From Eledone cirrhosa (lineage: Eukaryota): DNA of 64,000 bases. The translations under genes and the position numbers were made by a program. The notes below the pieces were generated by a model. It searched no databases, was not told the origin of the DNA, and was given only the letters and a program-made list of their open reading frames with translations. Location: contig OZ024747.1 in NCBI GenBank assembly GCA_964016885.1, positions 26,412,001-26,476,000 on the forward strand, written 5' to 3'. This document shows, in pieces, positions 1-15,317 of this stretch. The first letter of the stretch is position 1; every line of letters begins with the position of its first letter.

Positions 1-31
<31 letters not shown>

Positions 32-146
32 GGGAACAGCAAGAACCCTCCGATACGTCCTGAATATCTGAGGCTGCAGGTAGTGGCTTGATATTCATTC
101 CAACAGACTTTCCAGTTAACTAACATCAATGACTGAGATTCAAGGA
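32..146 (+). mobile_element. 5'-truncated 3' stub of the Dong/R4 LINE, inserted in (AAT)n
   Basis: Near-identical to 7448-7563 (GGGAACAGCAAGAACCCTCC...GACTGAGATTCAA); flanked by (AAT)n on both sides. Confidence 0.9.
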
Positions 147-178
147 ATAATAATAATAATATTAATAATAATAATAAT

Positions 179-2530
179 GTTTTCTTTATTAACCACAAGG
201 GTTTACATAAAGTAGACATTAAGGACAGTACAGGACAATACAGGTCGGTACAAATGGGCATTTCTGCGTGTAAAAAAACAGAGGATGAAATAAAATAACA
301 AAGAAAAATTCCCCAATAGGGGGGAGACTTCCGAGGGACATTTGTGGAGAAAGCCCATTAAAAGACCACAGTGGCCCTGACCACCAGGGCAAGTGCCCTC
401 TCCCAGTTTTCCACCTTTAATTTACAGACACATACTCAGAGAAGGCCCATTCATTCGGGCCATACTTGCTTCTCTCACCCATCTTTCAACAAAATGCTGG
501 GAAGAGAGCACTTCCCTCTCTACCCTGATTTTCCTGAAAAAGTTAATCAGGGCATCACCGAAGAGGTAAGTGCTCGTCTTCAGCCCTTTCAAACGTGTCC
601 ACCATACTATCTCTTTCGCCATGGCCACCAGACAGATAAAAACTGCCTGCCCTTCCCGGCTAAAGGAAGAGGGCGGGGCAATCCTCACGATGGACTCAGC
701 TGATAGCTGGATCCGTCCTACACGTGACAGCAGGTGTTCGACATAAACCCACAAGTCAGCAATGCTCGGACACTGGACGAGTGCGTGCAGGACGGTTTCG
801 TCGCCCTGTGCGCATCTCGGACATGCCCGGCTGACGGCACCTCCATGCCTGTAAAGTTTATCCCGAACTGGCAAAGCACCCCGGTAGCACTGCCAGGCCA
901 GGGATTTCTGGAAGTTGTCCATAGGCCCCGGCCCGAAAGTCCTTCCGAAGAGATTGGCTAGTTGATTTTCGTCGACGCCTAGAGTTTCTCCAAGTACGTC
1001 GTCGCTCTTCCCCTCCACTAATCCCCTATAGAACGCCAAGGTGGAGTTTCCACCGATCACATTGTCCGATTGGTCGAGGGCTGTGAGCGCCTGAAGACAT
1101 TCCAGTCTCCAAGCGCTCCCTCTCGGTCTTCGCTTGACCCAGGACTGCAGCTCCGTCAAGGAGACGAGCTGGGGAAAAACGTGTCTAGCAAACGGCGACC
1201 ACACCTGATCACCGTCGAGGAAGAGGTGGAGATGTCGTAGCCTGAGCGCGTGTCTGCGCATCATCAGCCACGGCATGCCCAGCCCTCCACGTAGCGGGTG
1301 TTGACAGCAGATGGACCGCCTGACCATCGGAGCGCGTCCCTTCCACAAGAAGCGAAAGAGCAAACGCTCCAGCGCAGTCAGGCGGGGCTTAGGACAAGGT
1401 ACGACGGTCAGGCGGTAGTAGATGACGGACGCGATGTACGCGTTAGCCACCTCCGCTCGACCTTTCAGGGATAGCTTCCTCTCGGCCCATTTCTGGGTGA
1501 GAGAAGCCACCCTGCTCGTCACCTCGTCCCAGTTTTTGTCCGTCTGGAGGTCTGGACCGAACCAGACCCCTAGCAATTTAACCGGTCCGTCCGTCCAGCA
1601 CCCGACGACGCTGTTGGACGGCATGGACCTGCCTCTCCAGGTGCCGAGCTGCAGGCCCACTGACTTTTCCTGGTTGATCATTGCTCCTGTCACCGCTTCG
1701 TATTCTCTTAGTGTAGTGCCGATCGCCTCGATGTGTTTAGCGTTCGACACCACTACGGTGACATCGTCGGCATATGCTGACACGGATCTTCCGCATCCTA
1801 GTTCGCGCGGGACCCCCCTCAACGTCTCCAGTTTGTGCAGTAATGGCTCGAGAGTCAATACGTACAATAGGGACGAGAGGGGACATCCTTGGCGGACCGA
1901 GCGCATGATGTTGAACGGTTCCGAAAGGTGACCGTTCACTCTCACTACAGAGCAGATGTCGCTGTGCATGGCAGCGATCCAGCCTCTGAAGACGGGCCCA
2001 AAGCCAGCCGCCCTCAGGACTGCCGCTAGGTAACGATGGTCGACCCTATCGAAGGCTTTCGACTGATCTAAATTGATCAAAGACCCACCCGTGCCAGGTT
2101 CCCTAGCTACCCTCTCTACGATGTATCGCATGAGGTGGAGGTTGTCGTGGATGGATCTGTCGGGAATGGCGCATGTCTGTGCCTCTCCCACAAGACCACC
2201 AACGACAAGCGCCAACCTCTTTGCTAGCACCTTGGCTAAAATCTTGAACTCTGTTTTTAGCAGAGTTATGGGCCTAAAATGATCTATGTTATCCCCCTTG
2301 TTCGGATCCTTTCTCAGCAGCGCCACCGCTCCTCGGCTCACAGAGCTGGGAATTCTCCCGTTTTGTTGCCAGTTGCAGTAGACGTCCGCCAAGAGGCCTC
2401 CGAACAAGTCTGGCATTTGTACGTAAAGTTCATAGGGCAGACCATCCAAACCAGGCGATTTACCCCTTGTGCAACTAGTCATTGCATCCCGTACTTCAGC
2501 GGTTGTTATCGGCTTTTCGCAACACTCCGC
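179..2530 (-). mobile_element. Tx1-clade (L1 group) non-LTR retrotransposon, 5'-truncated; ORF2 RT + zf-RVT
   Basis: ORF 422-2482 has KSPGLDG, FRPITLL, LDQSKAFDRVDH, QGCPLS, YADD, and C-terminal CPRC...ETVLHALVQC; 3' UTR ends AATAAAGAAAAC(ATT)n. Confidence 0.9.
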
Positions 2531-3233
2531 TACAGTAATACGACCACATCACCACCACCGCTGCCTCACTATCGCTACCGCCGCTATTCTCTCCCACTAC
2601 CTCCTGCTATTTGCTGCTAGCACAGCACCGCCACTGCCGCTGCTGCCTCAATATCACTACCGCCGCTATTCTCTCCCGCTACCCCCTGCTACATTGTAGA
2701 ATTCTCACTAAAAGAGGAAAACATCGAAATATATAAATAGACTGAATTGATGACCCGGTCAAAATTTAAAAAAAAACAATAATCAAAATCAAGTTTTAGT
2801 TTTAACAAAATGTTTAATTCCAATATTTATGGGTAAATGTCAACACATATACGCGACTAACGATAATTTCACTAAAGATAATTTCACCACCAATATCACC
2901 ACCACTACAACGATGAAAACTCTGGTCAAGTCGACTCAAATTTCTACTCCAACTTCAACACCATCACTACAGTAATACGACCACATCACCACCACCGCTG
3001 CCTCACTATCGCTACCGCCGCTATTCTCTCCCACTACCTCCTGCTAGTTGCTGCTAGCACAGCACCGCCACCGCTGCCTCAATTTCACTACCGCCGCTAT
3101 TCTCTCCCGCTATCCGCTGCTACATTGTAGAATTCCCACTAAAAGAGGAAAACATCAAAATATATAAATAGACTGAATAGATGACCCGGTCAAAATCAAA
3201 AAAAAAAAAATCAAAAAAAAAAAATCAAAATCA
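2530..3233. repeat. ~265-bp direct repeat pair (2530-2792 and 2967-3233)
   Basis: CTACAGTAATACGACCACATCACCACCACCGCTGCC...GATGACCCGGTCAAAAT occurs twice with few differences. Confidence 0.85.
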
Positions 3234-3420
3234 AAGCAGCACAGCAACAACGAAAAACGTAAAGGAAATAAAAATGAAGAGAAAAACAAACGGACGGACA
3301 GAAAAGGGAAGGGAAAAACTAAGTCAGACATTCAAACACTACATTACAATGAAACTTATGCTTATTCATTATTGGGGTTTTTTCTGCCTGTTTGTTTGTT
3401 TGTTTGTTTGTTTGTTTGTT

Positions 3421-6400
3421 TGGGTTCGTCTACAGCGTGATAATGCCACACAAAAGTCACGTGGAGTGACGAAACCACCGGAGACAAGTAATTCACCGGT
3501 GGTTATGTAACCATACATTCGCCAATCCTCGATAAGAGTGTTTAAATGTCGAACCTAAACAGTTCGAATAACGGTGAAATGGAGACTAGAATATCATGTG
3601 ACAGACTCTCACCAACAGGTGCTCCCTGGCTCAGCAGCAGGGACCTGGCTGTCAACCAAATACTGCTGGTGTCGGAGGAAGAAGAAGAAGGAAAGGGACC
3701 AGAACCAACTGGACGAAAGAATTGAATATAACTGTTATGCAATGTTACCTGAAGAGTAATCCCAAGGAGAAAGGCTATAGGAAAGGGATGCATAACATCT
3801 GGAACGAGATTGGTCCATTTAAATTAGATGAACAAAAACTGGTCGGGCAGGCTCGGGTAATAAGAACTAATGGGTGGATAAGCGAGCTGGAACTGGAGGA
3901 ACTGGGCAGAGAGATTAGCTTGGGGATGGAGGGTGAAGTATGTAGTGACCTACATTCCGCGGGCTCACATACATTCTCTGTGCGAGATTTGGCTCAGTTC
4001 AGCCAATCAGCGCCAGTAGAAGAGGATGTATCCCTACGCGCCCTGAGGAAGAAATTCCCCGCGAAGTTTTGAAGAATCTCTCTCTTGTACCAGAAACTTC
4101 GAGCCAGCAACACGCATAATGTAACGGTGAGATTTTGCACCCTAGCCTCGCCGGCTTAACGGCGCAATGGCACATTCCCTTTTGTAACCTCTTTTTATCT
4201 GTAACTTCAACCATATAAGTTAACAAGCATTGTTTCTACTACATCAAAAATAAACATACATTTCATCTCTAATTACTGCTGTTGAAATCATTATTATGTT
4301 ACTCGTGTCTCAATAACATCTATAATCCATGCTGCTGGAATTGGTGACCTGACGAAAGGAATATTGTAAATAGATGGTAAATAGATCGAGGGACCTTCCC
4401 TCACGTCTATGTCAACAAGATAATCCAACGAGGATACTATCACTTACCACACTGGCAACTAACGACCATCAATCATCTACCCTGCTAAAAGTATGCCAGG
4501 CAAACGAGCCAGTGGGAAATGAAGGTGAAGAGGTCGAGAGAACGGAGGAACCACCCTAAGCGGACAATGATCTGAATGCTGAGATAAATAATACCTGGAA
4601 CAGAGATACGGCCACTGAGGAGATGAATGCTGACGGGCTAGGACAAGATTTGGTTGATAACCTAAACTTAGTGGTAGATGAATTGAACAATGATAGTGGG
4701 AGACCTATGAACCTAAGATTTGTAGACAGGAAAAAGTTAAAAGAAACAACAGCTAAGGTAAACAAAGTCATCCCATACCTTGAGGCGAGGAGCCTTCACC
4801 AGTGCAACAATATCCTCAAAGCAACAGCAAATACGGTGAGGAAACTACTTGGTATAAAAGCGAGAGGAAACAACAGACAAGAAAGAGCAGAGCCTTGGTG
4901 GAAGAAACGACTGAGTGGTCAAATCAGGGAAATGAGAAATGACATTGGAAAGCTTGAGTCCCTACTGAATGGGACACTAAAAAACATAGACACTAAAAAT
5001 AGACTGGAAATAAAGTACAAAACTAGGAGGAAAAAGCTAAATATTATCATAGAGGAACTGAAGTAACGCATTGTAGCAAAGAGTGCAAAAATCAGGCGAT
5101 ACGAGAACAGGGTAAGTCAGTATAGACAGAACCGCATGTTCGACAGCAACCAGAAGATGCTGTTTGAAAGAGGCAACGACTTGATCCCTGAGGCGGAACA
5201 AACTAAAACATTCTGGAAAGGAATATGGGAGCAGGATGTTAAACATAATGATCATGCAGTGTGGATTGAGACAGTACAGAAGGAGATTAGTGAACAGGCA
5301 CACCAACAAACTGATTTGAGTATAACAGTTGAAACTCTTAAGGGGCAGGCCAGAAAACTAACCAACTGGAAATCACCAGGCCCAGATGGTGTGCAGGGGT
5401 ATTGGATTAAAAACATAACATCCCTCCACCCGAAACTGACAACCATGTTCAATGACTGCTTGATGTCAGGTGAGGTACCAGAGTGGTTGACAAAAGGTAC
5501 CACTGTTCTGATAATGAAAGACCGAATCAAGGGTAATGATGTTACCAACTATAGACCTATCACATGTCTGTCCGTAATGTGGAAACTGTTGACAAGCATT
5601 ATGTCTGAGGAAATCTACCATCATCTCCACACGAACAGAAAGGATGCCGAAAGAGGTCACGTGGTACAAAGGACCAGTTACTTATTGATAAGATGGTAAT
5701 GAGGAATTGCAAGAGGAGACACACTGGTCTTGCCATGGGATGGATAGACTACAAAAAGGCATTTGACATGGTGCCTCATTCTTGGATCACCAAAAGCCTG
5801 GAGATCTTCAAGGTGGCAGATAACATCAGACAGTTGTTGGGCAAAAGTATGAAGTCCTGGGAAACAGAGTTAACATCAACTGGAGAATCCTTGGGAAGCG
5901 TGAAGATCAAGAGAGGTATCTTCCAGGGAGATAGTCTGTCCCCTCTGTTATTTGTCCTTGCCCTGATGCCCCTGACCAGTGTACTGCGAAAAGTGAGAGC
6001 AGGATACAGGTTGGGAAAGGGAGGGCTTACCATCAACCACCTCCTCTTCATGGAAGATCTTAAGCTCTTCGGGAAGAGTGAGAAAGAGTTGGATGTGCTT
6101 GTTGACACTGTCCGTATTTTCAGCAATGATATATGTATGCAATTTGGTATCAGTAAGTGTGGAGTCATTGTGATGAGGAGGGGTAAGTTGAGCAGAAGTA
6201 ACGGAATACAGATACCAACAGGTGAGATGATAAAGGAAATTGACTCTGAGGAAGGATACAAGTATTTGGGCGTTCTGGAGGCTGATGACATCAAGAACAA
6301 AAAAAATGAAGGAATTGATAAGAACTGAATACCTTCGGAGAGTAAGGAGCGTATTAAAGTCACATCTGAACAGTAGGAATGCCATAAGTGCAGTAAATTC

Positions 6401-7563
6401 CCGAGCTGTGTCTATTAGGTACAGTGCGGGAATTCTGAGATGGAATGTTGCTGAACAAAAAGAAATGGATAGGAAGACTAGGAAGCTATTGACTATCTAC
6501 AATATGTTCCACAAGAGGAGTGATGTCGATAGACTCTACTTAAGGAGATCTAAAGGTGGAAGAGGTCTTATCAGCATAGAGGACTGTGTTCAGATGGAGA
6601 AAAACAACCTACACAAATACGTGACCTATAGTAAGGAGCCAATGCTCAGAACTGTACTGAAGGATGGGACAATAGGGCAGGGGATGTCCAAGGAGGAAAT
6701 AACATCAAGGAGAAAGAGCAGCCTTCAGGAAAAATCCCTTCATAGTACCTTCTTTGAGAAAACTGAATTTAGAGATCCACAGACATGGAACTGGTTGAAA
6801 AGAGGAGACCTTAAAAAGGCTACAGAAGGAATGTTAATGGCTGCGCAGGAGCAGGCCCTCAAAACAAAAGTGGTTGAAACACCACATTTACAAGGAGGAG
6901 GCTAGCCCACTGTGCAGGATCTGTGGAGAGAGAGAGAGGAGACTGTGGCTCATATTGTATCCGAGTGTAAACACCTAGCCCAGAGTCACTATAAGGGCTG
7001 GAGACATGATGTGATGGGCAGGGTGATCCACTGGCACCTATGCAAGGTAAATAATTTACCACATTCTGAGAAGTGGTATGAGCATAAGCCAGAGGCGGTG
7101 ATAGAAAACGATCAGGTGAAGGTGCTGTGGGATTTTAGGATACAGACGAACAAGAAACTGGAACACAATAGACCTGACCTGGTGGTTTTGGACAAAGAAA
7201 AAAGATCGTGTCTGATTGTGGATGTGGCCTGCCCATTCGACACGAGAGTGCAAGAGAAGGAGAGGGAGAAAATTAACCGATACCAGGACTTAAAGTGGGA
7301 GGTAAAAAGGATTTGGAACTGCCATGAAGTCAAAGTGATCCCGATTGTCATAGGCGCACTGGGGACTATCTCAAAAGGTTTCCAGGGATGGTTAAAGAAA
7401 ATTGTCCCCGCCACGCTTTTTGGAACGCTTCAAAAGGCATGCTTGCTGGGAACAGCAAGAACCCTCCGATACGTCCTGAATATCTGAGGCTGCAGGTAGT
7501 GGCTTGATATTCATTTCAACAAACTTTCCAGTTAACTAACGTCAATGACTGAGACTCAAAGAA
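3421..7563 (+). mobile_element. Dong/R4-clade RLE non-LTR retrotransposon, near full-length, degenerate
   Basis: N-terminal WTKELNITVMQCY...GYRKGMHNIW...QARVIRTNGW; [39 protein letters not shown]; CRIC...HIVSEC knuckle, RHD, RPDLVV, IVDVACP RLE; stops and frameshifts; ends in (AAT)n; 5' boundary approximate. Confidence 0.88.
3941..4489 (+). mobile_element. Probable solo LTR inserted in the Dong ORF
   Basis: Starts TGTAG, ends CTAAA (CTACA-like), AGTA duplicated at 3937-3940 and 4490-4493, internal AATAAA; removing it restores the frame EGEV|CQANEPVG. Confidence 0.75.
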
Positions 7564-7579
7564 CAATAATAATAATTAT

Positions 7580-9017
7580 GATTATTATTTCTACTTTAGG
7601 CACAAGGCCAGCATAATAATAATAATAATGATTTCTTTATTGGCCACAAGGGCTGACATCAAGAAAAACATTACAGACGGCACATGACGGTACAGGATGG
7701 TACGATGTGGGTTTTATGCGTGTAAATATTTTTATTATTTATATAAGAAAGGAAAGAAAAAAAAGGACATAGAAACATATATATATATAAACAATAAAAA
7801 TGAAAATTGAAACAATGAAAAATTCACCAATAGAGGGGGAAACCTCCGAGGGTTACTCGTGGCGAAAACTACACAAAAGACCACGGCTACCCTGACCACC
7901 AGGGCAAGCGCCCTCTCTCAATTTTTCCATTTCTCAAACTACAGACGTATAATCAGAGTGGTCCCGTTCACTCGGACCAATCTTGCTAGAAGGCAGCACT
8001 TGCCTCTCCACCCTGATTTTCCTCTTCAAGTGAAACTTGAAAAAGTTAATTAGGGATTCGCCGAAGAGGAAAGTGTCTGTCTTTAACCCTTTTAACCTTG
8101 TCCACCACACAATCTCTTTCTCCATGGCCACCAGGCAGATGAAAACCGCCTGCCCTTCCTCCTCGAAGGAAGACGGTGAGACCATCTGCACAATGGACTC
8201 AGTCGACAACCGGATCAGTCCTACATGCGACAGCAACTGTTCGACATAGCTCCACAAGTCAGCAATGATCGGGCACTGAACGAGTGCGTGCACGACGGTT
8301 TCGTCGCCCTGCGCGCATCTCGGACAGGCTCGGCTGACGGCACTTCCGGCAGCGCTCCCCGGTAGCACTGCCAGGCCAGGGATTTTTGGAAGTTATCCAT
8401 AGGCCCCGGGCTGAAAGTTCTCCGGAAGAGAGCAAACAGCTGATCTTCTTCGACGCCCAGGATCTCTCCGAGAATGTCGTCGCTCTTCCCCTCCACTAGT
8501 CCTCTATAGAACGCCGAGGTGGATGTTCCACCGATACTGGTGCCCAGCTGGCAGAGGGCAATGAGCGCCTGGAGACATTCCAGTTTCCAAGCGCTATCCC
8601 TCGGTCTTTTTCTGACCCAGGACTGCAGCTCCGTCAAGGAGACGAGCTGTGGGAAAACGTGCTTGGCGAACGGCGACCACACCTGTTCACCATCAAGGAA
8701 GCACCAGAGATGTCGCAGCCTCAGCGCATGTTTGCGCATCATCAACCATGGCATGCCCAGTCCTCCAGGCAACGGGTATTGACAGCAGATGGATCGTCTT
8801 ACCATGGGAGCGCGTCCCTTCCACAAAAAGCGGAAAAGGATGCGCTCCATTTTGGTGAGAGTTGGGCTGGAGCAAGGGACGACGGTGAGGCGGTAGCAGA
8901 TGACGGATGCGATGTACGCATTCGCCACCCCCGCCCGGCCTTTCAGGGACAGCTTCCTCTCGGCCCATTTCTGGGTGACATTACTGGTACTTTATTTTAT
9001 CGACCCCGTAAGGATGA
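7580..9017 (-). mobile_element. tRNA-derived SINE split by the Tx1 copy (body 8979-9017, tail 7580-7613)
   Basis: Minus strand TCATCCTTACGGGGTCGATAAAATAAAGTACCAGTAATG and TGCTGGCCTTGTGCCTAAAGTAGAAA are near-consecutive parts of the intact SINE at 60976-61167. Confidence 0.7.
7630..8978 (-). mobile_element. Second Tx1-clade LINE, 5'-truncated, frameshifted
   Basis: ORFs 8221-8928 and 7934-8368 are homologous to the C-terminal half of 422-2482; similar 3' end with (ATT)n tail. Confidence 0.9.
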
Positions 9018-9380
9018 TAATAGTTCAACCTCAAATTTTATGTGTGTCAATGTCTTCGAAGATGTTGTAGATGTTGTTGGCTTCTTGGCGTGATGAAGTG
9101 AGCATATGGATGTCATCCACGTACCTGGAGAAGAAGGAGCAAGAGCGGCAGGCGGTGAGTGCTGTGCGTTCCAACTGGCCCATGTACAACAGCCATGCCT
9201 TGTATATTATCCTCACATTCCCTCGCTTTGATTTAACTGGTTATAAACAAAGTATTGGAGTTCGATTGACGCAACATCTAGCGATTAGCGAACTCTAGAC
9301 CTACCAGATCAAAGAAACAATTGTCAGCACTGTGAATAAACCCCTTATTGTACAGACAACCATGTTACTCTTATTTCTTG

Positions 9381-9385
<5 letters not shown>
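9018..9385. mobile_element. Penelope-like element relic: RT fragment (-, ~9020-9205) plus oppositely oriented pLTR end with HHR 3' half (+, ~9250-9385)
   Basis: LYMGQLE...FFSRYVDDIHML...FEV; GAAACAATTGTC at 9314-9325; 9250-9385 matches the 51855-51993 family; ends at (TA)n. Confidence 0.7.
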
Positions 9386-9442
<57 letters not shown>

Positions 9443-11212
9443 GAATGAAGAAAATCTCGAACGCAAGAGAGCAGGTGCGAAATTAACGTTTAGAAAATTA
9501 TATGTGTGTGTGTGTGTACGTGTGTGTTTACAAATATATAATAATATTTATTGCTTTCTGACCCATGTTTAGTCGATGACTACATTGTTGTTTACACTTT
9601 TAGAGAAGGCGAGATGTGTTAATACACAGTTAATCCACATATGGGAGAGAATAAATTACCTTGAAACAAGTGGTGTGGTCACATATGAGTAATTTTTGTT
9701 ATTGCCACCTTTCGCTTTGTTTAATTATGTAAAGTAAACACGCACGTATACATACATATATATATATGCGTGTTTGTGTGTGTTTGTATGTGTGTGTGTG
9801 TATATATATATGTGTGTCTTATGTGTACGCTATATATTTAAAATTTTCAGTGAGGCTCCTAATTTTCCTTTTCACAATAGGTACCAATAATATTTACATC
9901 GTCTCTGCAATACACATTTCAAATACAGTATACTGCAAAGATCAGATTCATTCGCCATATTATATTATAGTTCGTCAACTTTTAATTAATCAAAACTCAC
10001 GGATTGTCTCCCTGTTTTGTTTTGTATTTTTTGTTTTGTTTTTCTTTTTGTTTTTTTCCAGAATTAGTTATTTAGAAAATGTTTTATTTTGTTTGTAATT
10101 TAATCGGTAACGGTATAGTTTCAATTACTTTAATTATATTACTACTTAAAATGCCTTGGGGTCCACTATACTATTAGTTTTTCAAGCAGTGAGCGTTGCT
10201 GAATATTTTTCCCGAGTCATTTTTTAAAACTTGTCATTCCACTTAAATTTCATTCATGAAAAACTTAAATCTCTTCTAAGTGATTCTACGTTACAGTTAG
10301 ACTATATTTCATTCATGGGCTCTTATAATATCGAAATATTCTCAGACTTGTCGCCATACTTGTTGATCAGTGCATTCTATATTTTATTAATTTTTAATTG
10401 ATTTATACTCCTCAGTTTTATTGCCATACGTTTCTCAGACAGAATTAGTTATTTTGATCATTCTTTTTTTCTCATTTCAAAAGTTAATTCATTAACATCA
10501 ATTATGTAATCCCTACTGACATTAAGGTGAAATATAACATGATATTATTATCATCCGTTATGTTATCTTTCACCTTAGTATCAGTTGATATCAGTTTTTT
10601 TAATAACGTGCATACTTCGTCGTGATCAACAGCTCATCGTTTTTCAGTAACTAGTGCACTTCAGATATCTGTCTCCACGGATTAATTCAAATAATGGTTC
10701 CAAATTAGGCACAAGGTCAGCAAATTAGGAGAGGGTAAGTCCATTACACAGACTGGTACTATATTTATGGTATGTGTGTGTATGTATGTGTATGTATGTG
10801 TACATCCTGTGCATGGTCGGGACGTCGATGACTAAACTAGCAACCCCACCAAGCTTTCTCAGGTAAGTTTCGCTCTGAGTATATTTTAACTGTTTATACT
10901 CTTGACTTTTCCAGCTAATGTCTGACGAATTATCATTGACAGTGTTTCGATGATGATGATGATGAGCAATGTGAAATACCACAACAGTCGAGGTAAAATC
11001 ACTTGATACACGTGGTTTCAAATTCTTCGCCGACATGGTTGTTTCAAGGGACTGTTTGTGTACTGCTGTTGTTTGTTGGTGATCGGCTTGGCTGCTAGAG
11101 GGCCTAGTAACATGGCGGCCTGTTACAGGTATTGATTACATGTTTGATCTGGGAGACTGCTCACTTTATATTATTATGTGTACAGGTTTCGCACTCTCAT
11201 TATTGCTTTGAA

Positions 11213-11433
11213 GGGCGGTGGATTGGCAGTATCGGTAGAGCGTCGGACAACATGTTTTTTTAGGCATAGAGTTATGACCCTTTACGTTCTGAGTTCAAAT
11301 CCCGCCGAGGTTAACTTTGTCTTTCATCCTTACGGGGTCGATAAAATACAGTACCAGTCACGCACTGGGGTCGAGTAAATTGACTTTCCCCGTTCGCAAA
11401 ATTGCTGGCCTTGTGCCTATATAAGAAACCATT
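11213..11433 (+). mobile_element. tRNA-derived SINE, family A
   Basis: A-box TGGCAGTATCGG, B-box GTTCAAATCC, tail TTGCTGGCCTTGTGCC; multiple copies in the window. Confidence 0.85.
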
Positions 11434-11923
11434 TTATAATAATAAAATAAATCGTTATTAGGCTCGTAAGTCCAAGATAAAGACGATTTATAGTTTCGGT
11501 TCCTTCTGAAGCTACAATGAAAAAGAATGTTTGCCTTTCTCGGTGTCTTTTTTCTTCGATTCTCCACTAGTGTTGTTGATGTTGTGTTCATCCATGCTGA
11601 TTGTGGAAAATCCTTGTAAAAGGAATTAAGTAGTTAGATAGATATCTCTACAATTTAGAATAAAAGGTGTCTTCAATGAATATAATTAGAAGAATATACA
11701 GTTATTCAACACGGCTGGTAGTAAATTAAAAATATGAGTAACTTTTTACGGGGGCAAATGTAAGGTTAGAAGCTTGGACCTTGTGATTGGAAAGTAAACG
11801 TCTTATTGTGGCAATACGACTGAGATAAAAAAAAATCCATTGTGAATATATGAGTATATGAGTATGTGTGTAAATTTGAATGGATTAGAGACAGATATAT
11901 ATATATATATGGGTTAGAGACAG

Positions 11924-11989
<66 letters not shown>

Positions 11990-12096
11990 CAAATACACAA
12001 GGACTTATGGTTGATTAGGGACGTTATATTTCATTCATTTACTTATTTTATATTTCAAATTGTGGAGATATATCCACCACGTTTCCAATCTCTCTT

Positions 12097-14021
<1,925 letters not shown>

Positions 14022-14133
14022 ATAAATATATGTGTGTGCGCGCGTGTGTGTGTATGTGTATACATATATATATATATGTATTTATACATACATTCATATA
14101 TACATATATATATATATACATATATATATACAG

Positions 14134-14297
<164 letters not shown>

Positions 14298-14539
14298 TCA
14301 ACTTTCCAACCGGCCACACACTGTTTTTCCACATTACCCACGGCCAGACAGACAAGGGAGTGCTGCCTGGTTTTCAGTTTCCTACCGATGTTTATTCATC
14401 TTCACCAATAAACAACAGCTTGATTTAAATGTTTGCGTGTACCTGTGTGTGTGTGTATATGTACACGTCTATCTGTGCGTGTTCGTGTGTATGTAAGCAT
14501 GTGTATGTAGGTGTGTGGGTGTATGTGTGAGAGAGAGAT

Positions 14540-14795
14540 GATCCTTCGTCGGTTCTGTTGACGACTGTTGATCGATCGACAAAAGTGTCACCTTGTGAAA
14601 TGAACGTGAAATGGTTAAAATATTGCACAGCCACGTGTATCTTTAACGTAGTTCTTTGGAAGATTCAGCGTGATAAAGAGACAAGGTTGGCCTTTTAAAT
14701 TCCAGATACAGCTCATAAAATGTTAAATAAAGTGTCTCGCCGCCGGGATTTGAACTCGCGACGAACGTCCTAACCACTAAGCCACCTGCCTTTAC
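14540..14795 (-). mobile_element. SINE family B (tRNA/CORE-like), degenerate
   Basis: Minus strand GGCAGGTGGCTTAGTGGTTAGG...GAGTTCAAATCCCGGC head; tail resembles 39895-40010 and 56290-56445. Confidence 0.55.
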
Positions 14796-14831
14796 ACTGT
14801 GTACGCAATATTGTTATTTTTATGTTAGTAA

Positions 14832-15049
14832 GGGTGGTGGATTGGCAGTATCGGTAGAGCGTCGGACATCATGCTTTGCGGCATAGAGTTACGGCCCTTT
14901 ATGATCTGAGTTCAAATCCCGCCGATGTTAACTTTGCCTTTCATCCTTACGGGGTCGATAAAATAAAGCACCAGTAACGTACTGGGGTCGATTTAATCAA
15001 CTTTCCCCCCAAAAAAAATTGCTGGCCTTGTGCCTATATATAAGAAACC
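14832..15049 (+). mobile_element. tRNA-derived SINE, family A
   Basis: Aligns to 11213-11433. Confidence 0.85.
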
Positions 15050-15218
15050 TGTGTGGTGATATATATATGTGTCTAACTGTAATGATAGTGTGTGTGTGAG
15101 TTGTTGGGTTGTTGAGGCGGCTATGTGGGTGTTGGGAGACGTGCATGTAACTGTGGTGTTAGTGTGTGTATATGTGGGTGTGTGGATGTAACCGATGTTT
15201 TCTATGTAGTTTATGCGT

Positions 15219-15317
<99 letters not shown>

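Noticed and set aside
3421-3545. Ribozyme at the Dong 5' end
   Set aside because: GTGACGAAAC is present, but no CUGANGA core or convincing HDV-like fold could be built by eye
10800-10870. Possible small exon ending CAG|GTAAGT
   Set aside because: An isolated donor motif with no supporting acceptor or ORF
11213-11310. tRNA genes at A/B-box motifs
   Set aside because: No cloverleaf; these are heads of multi-copy SINEs
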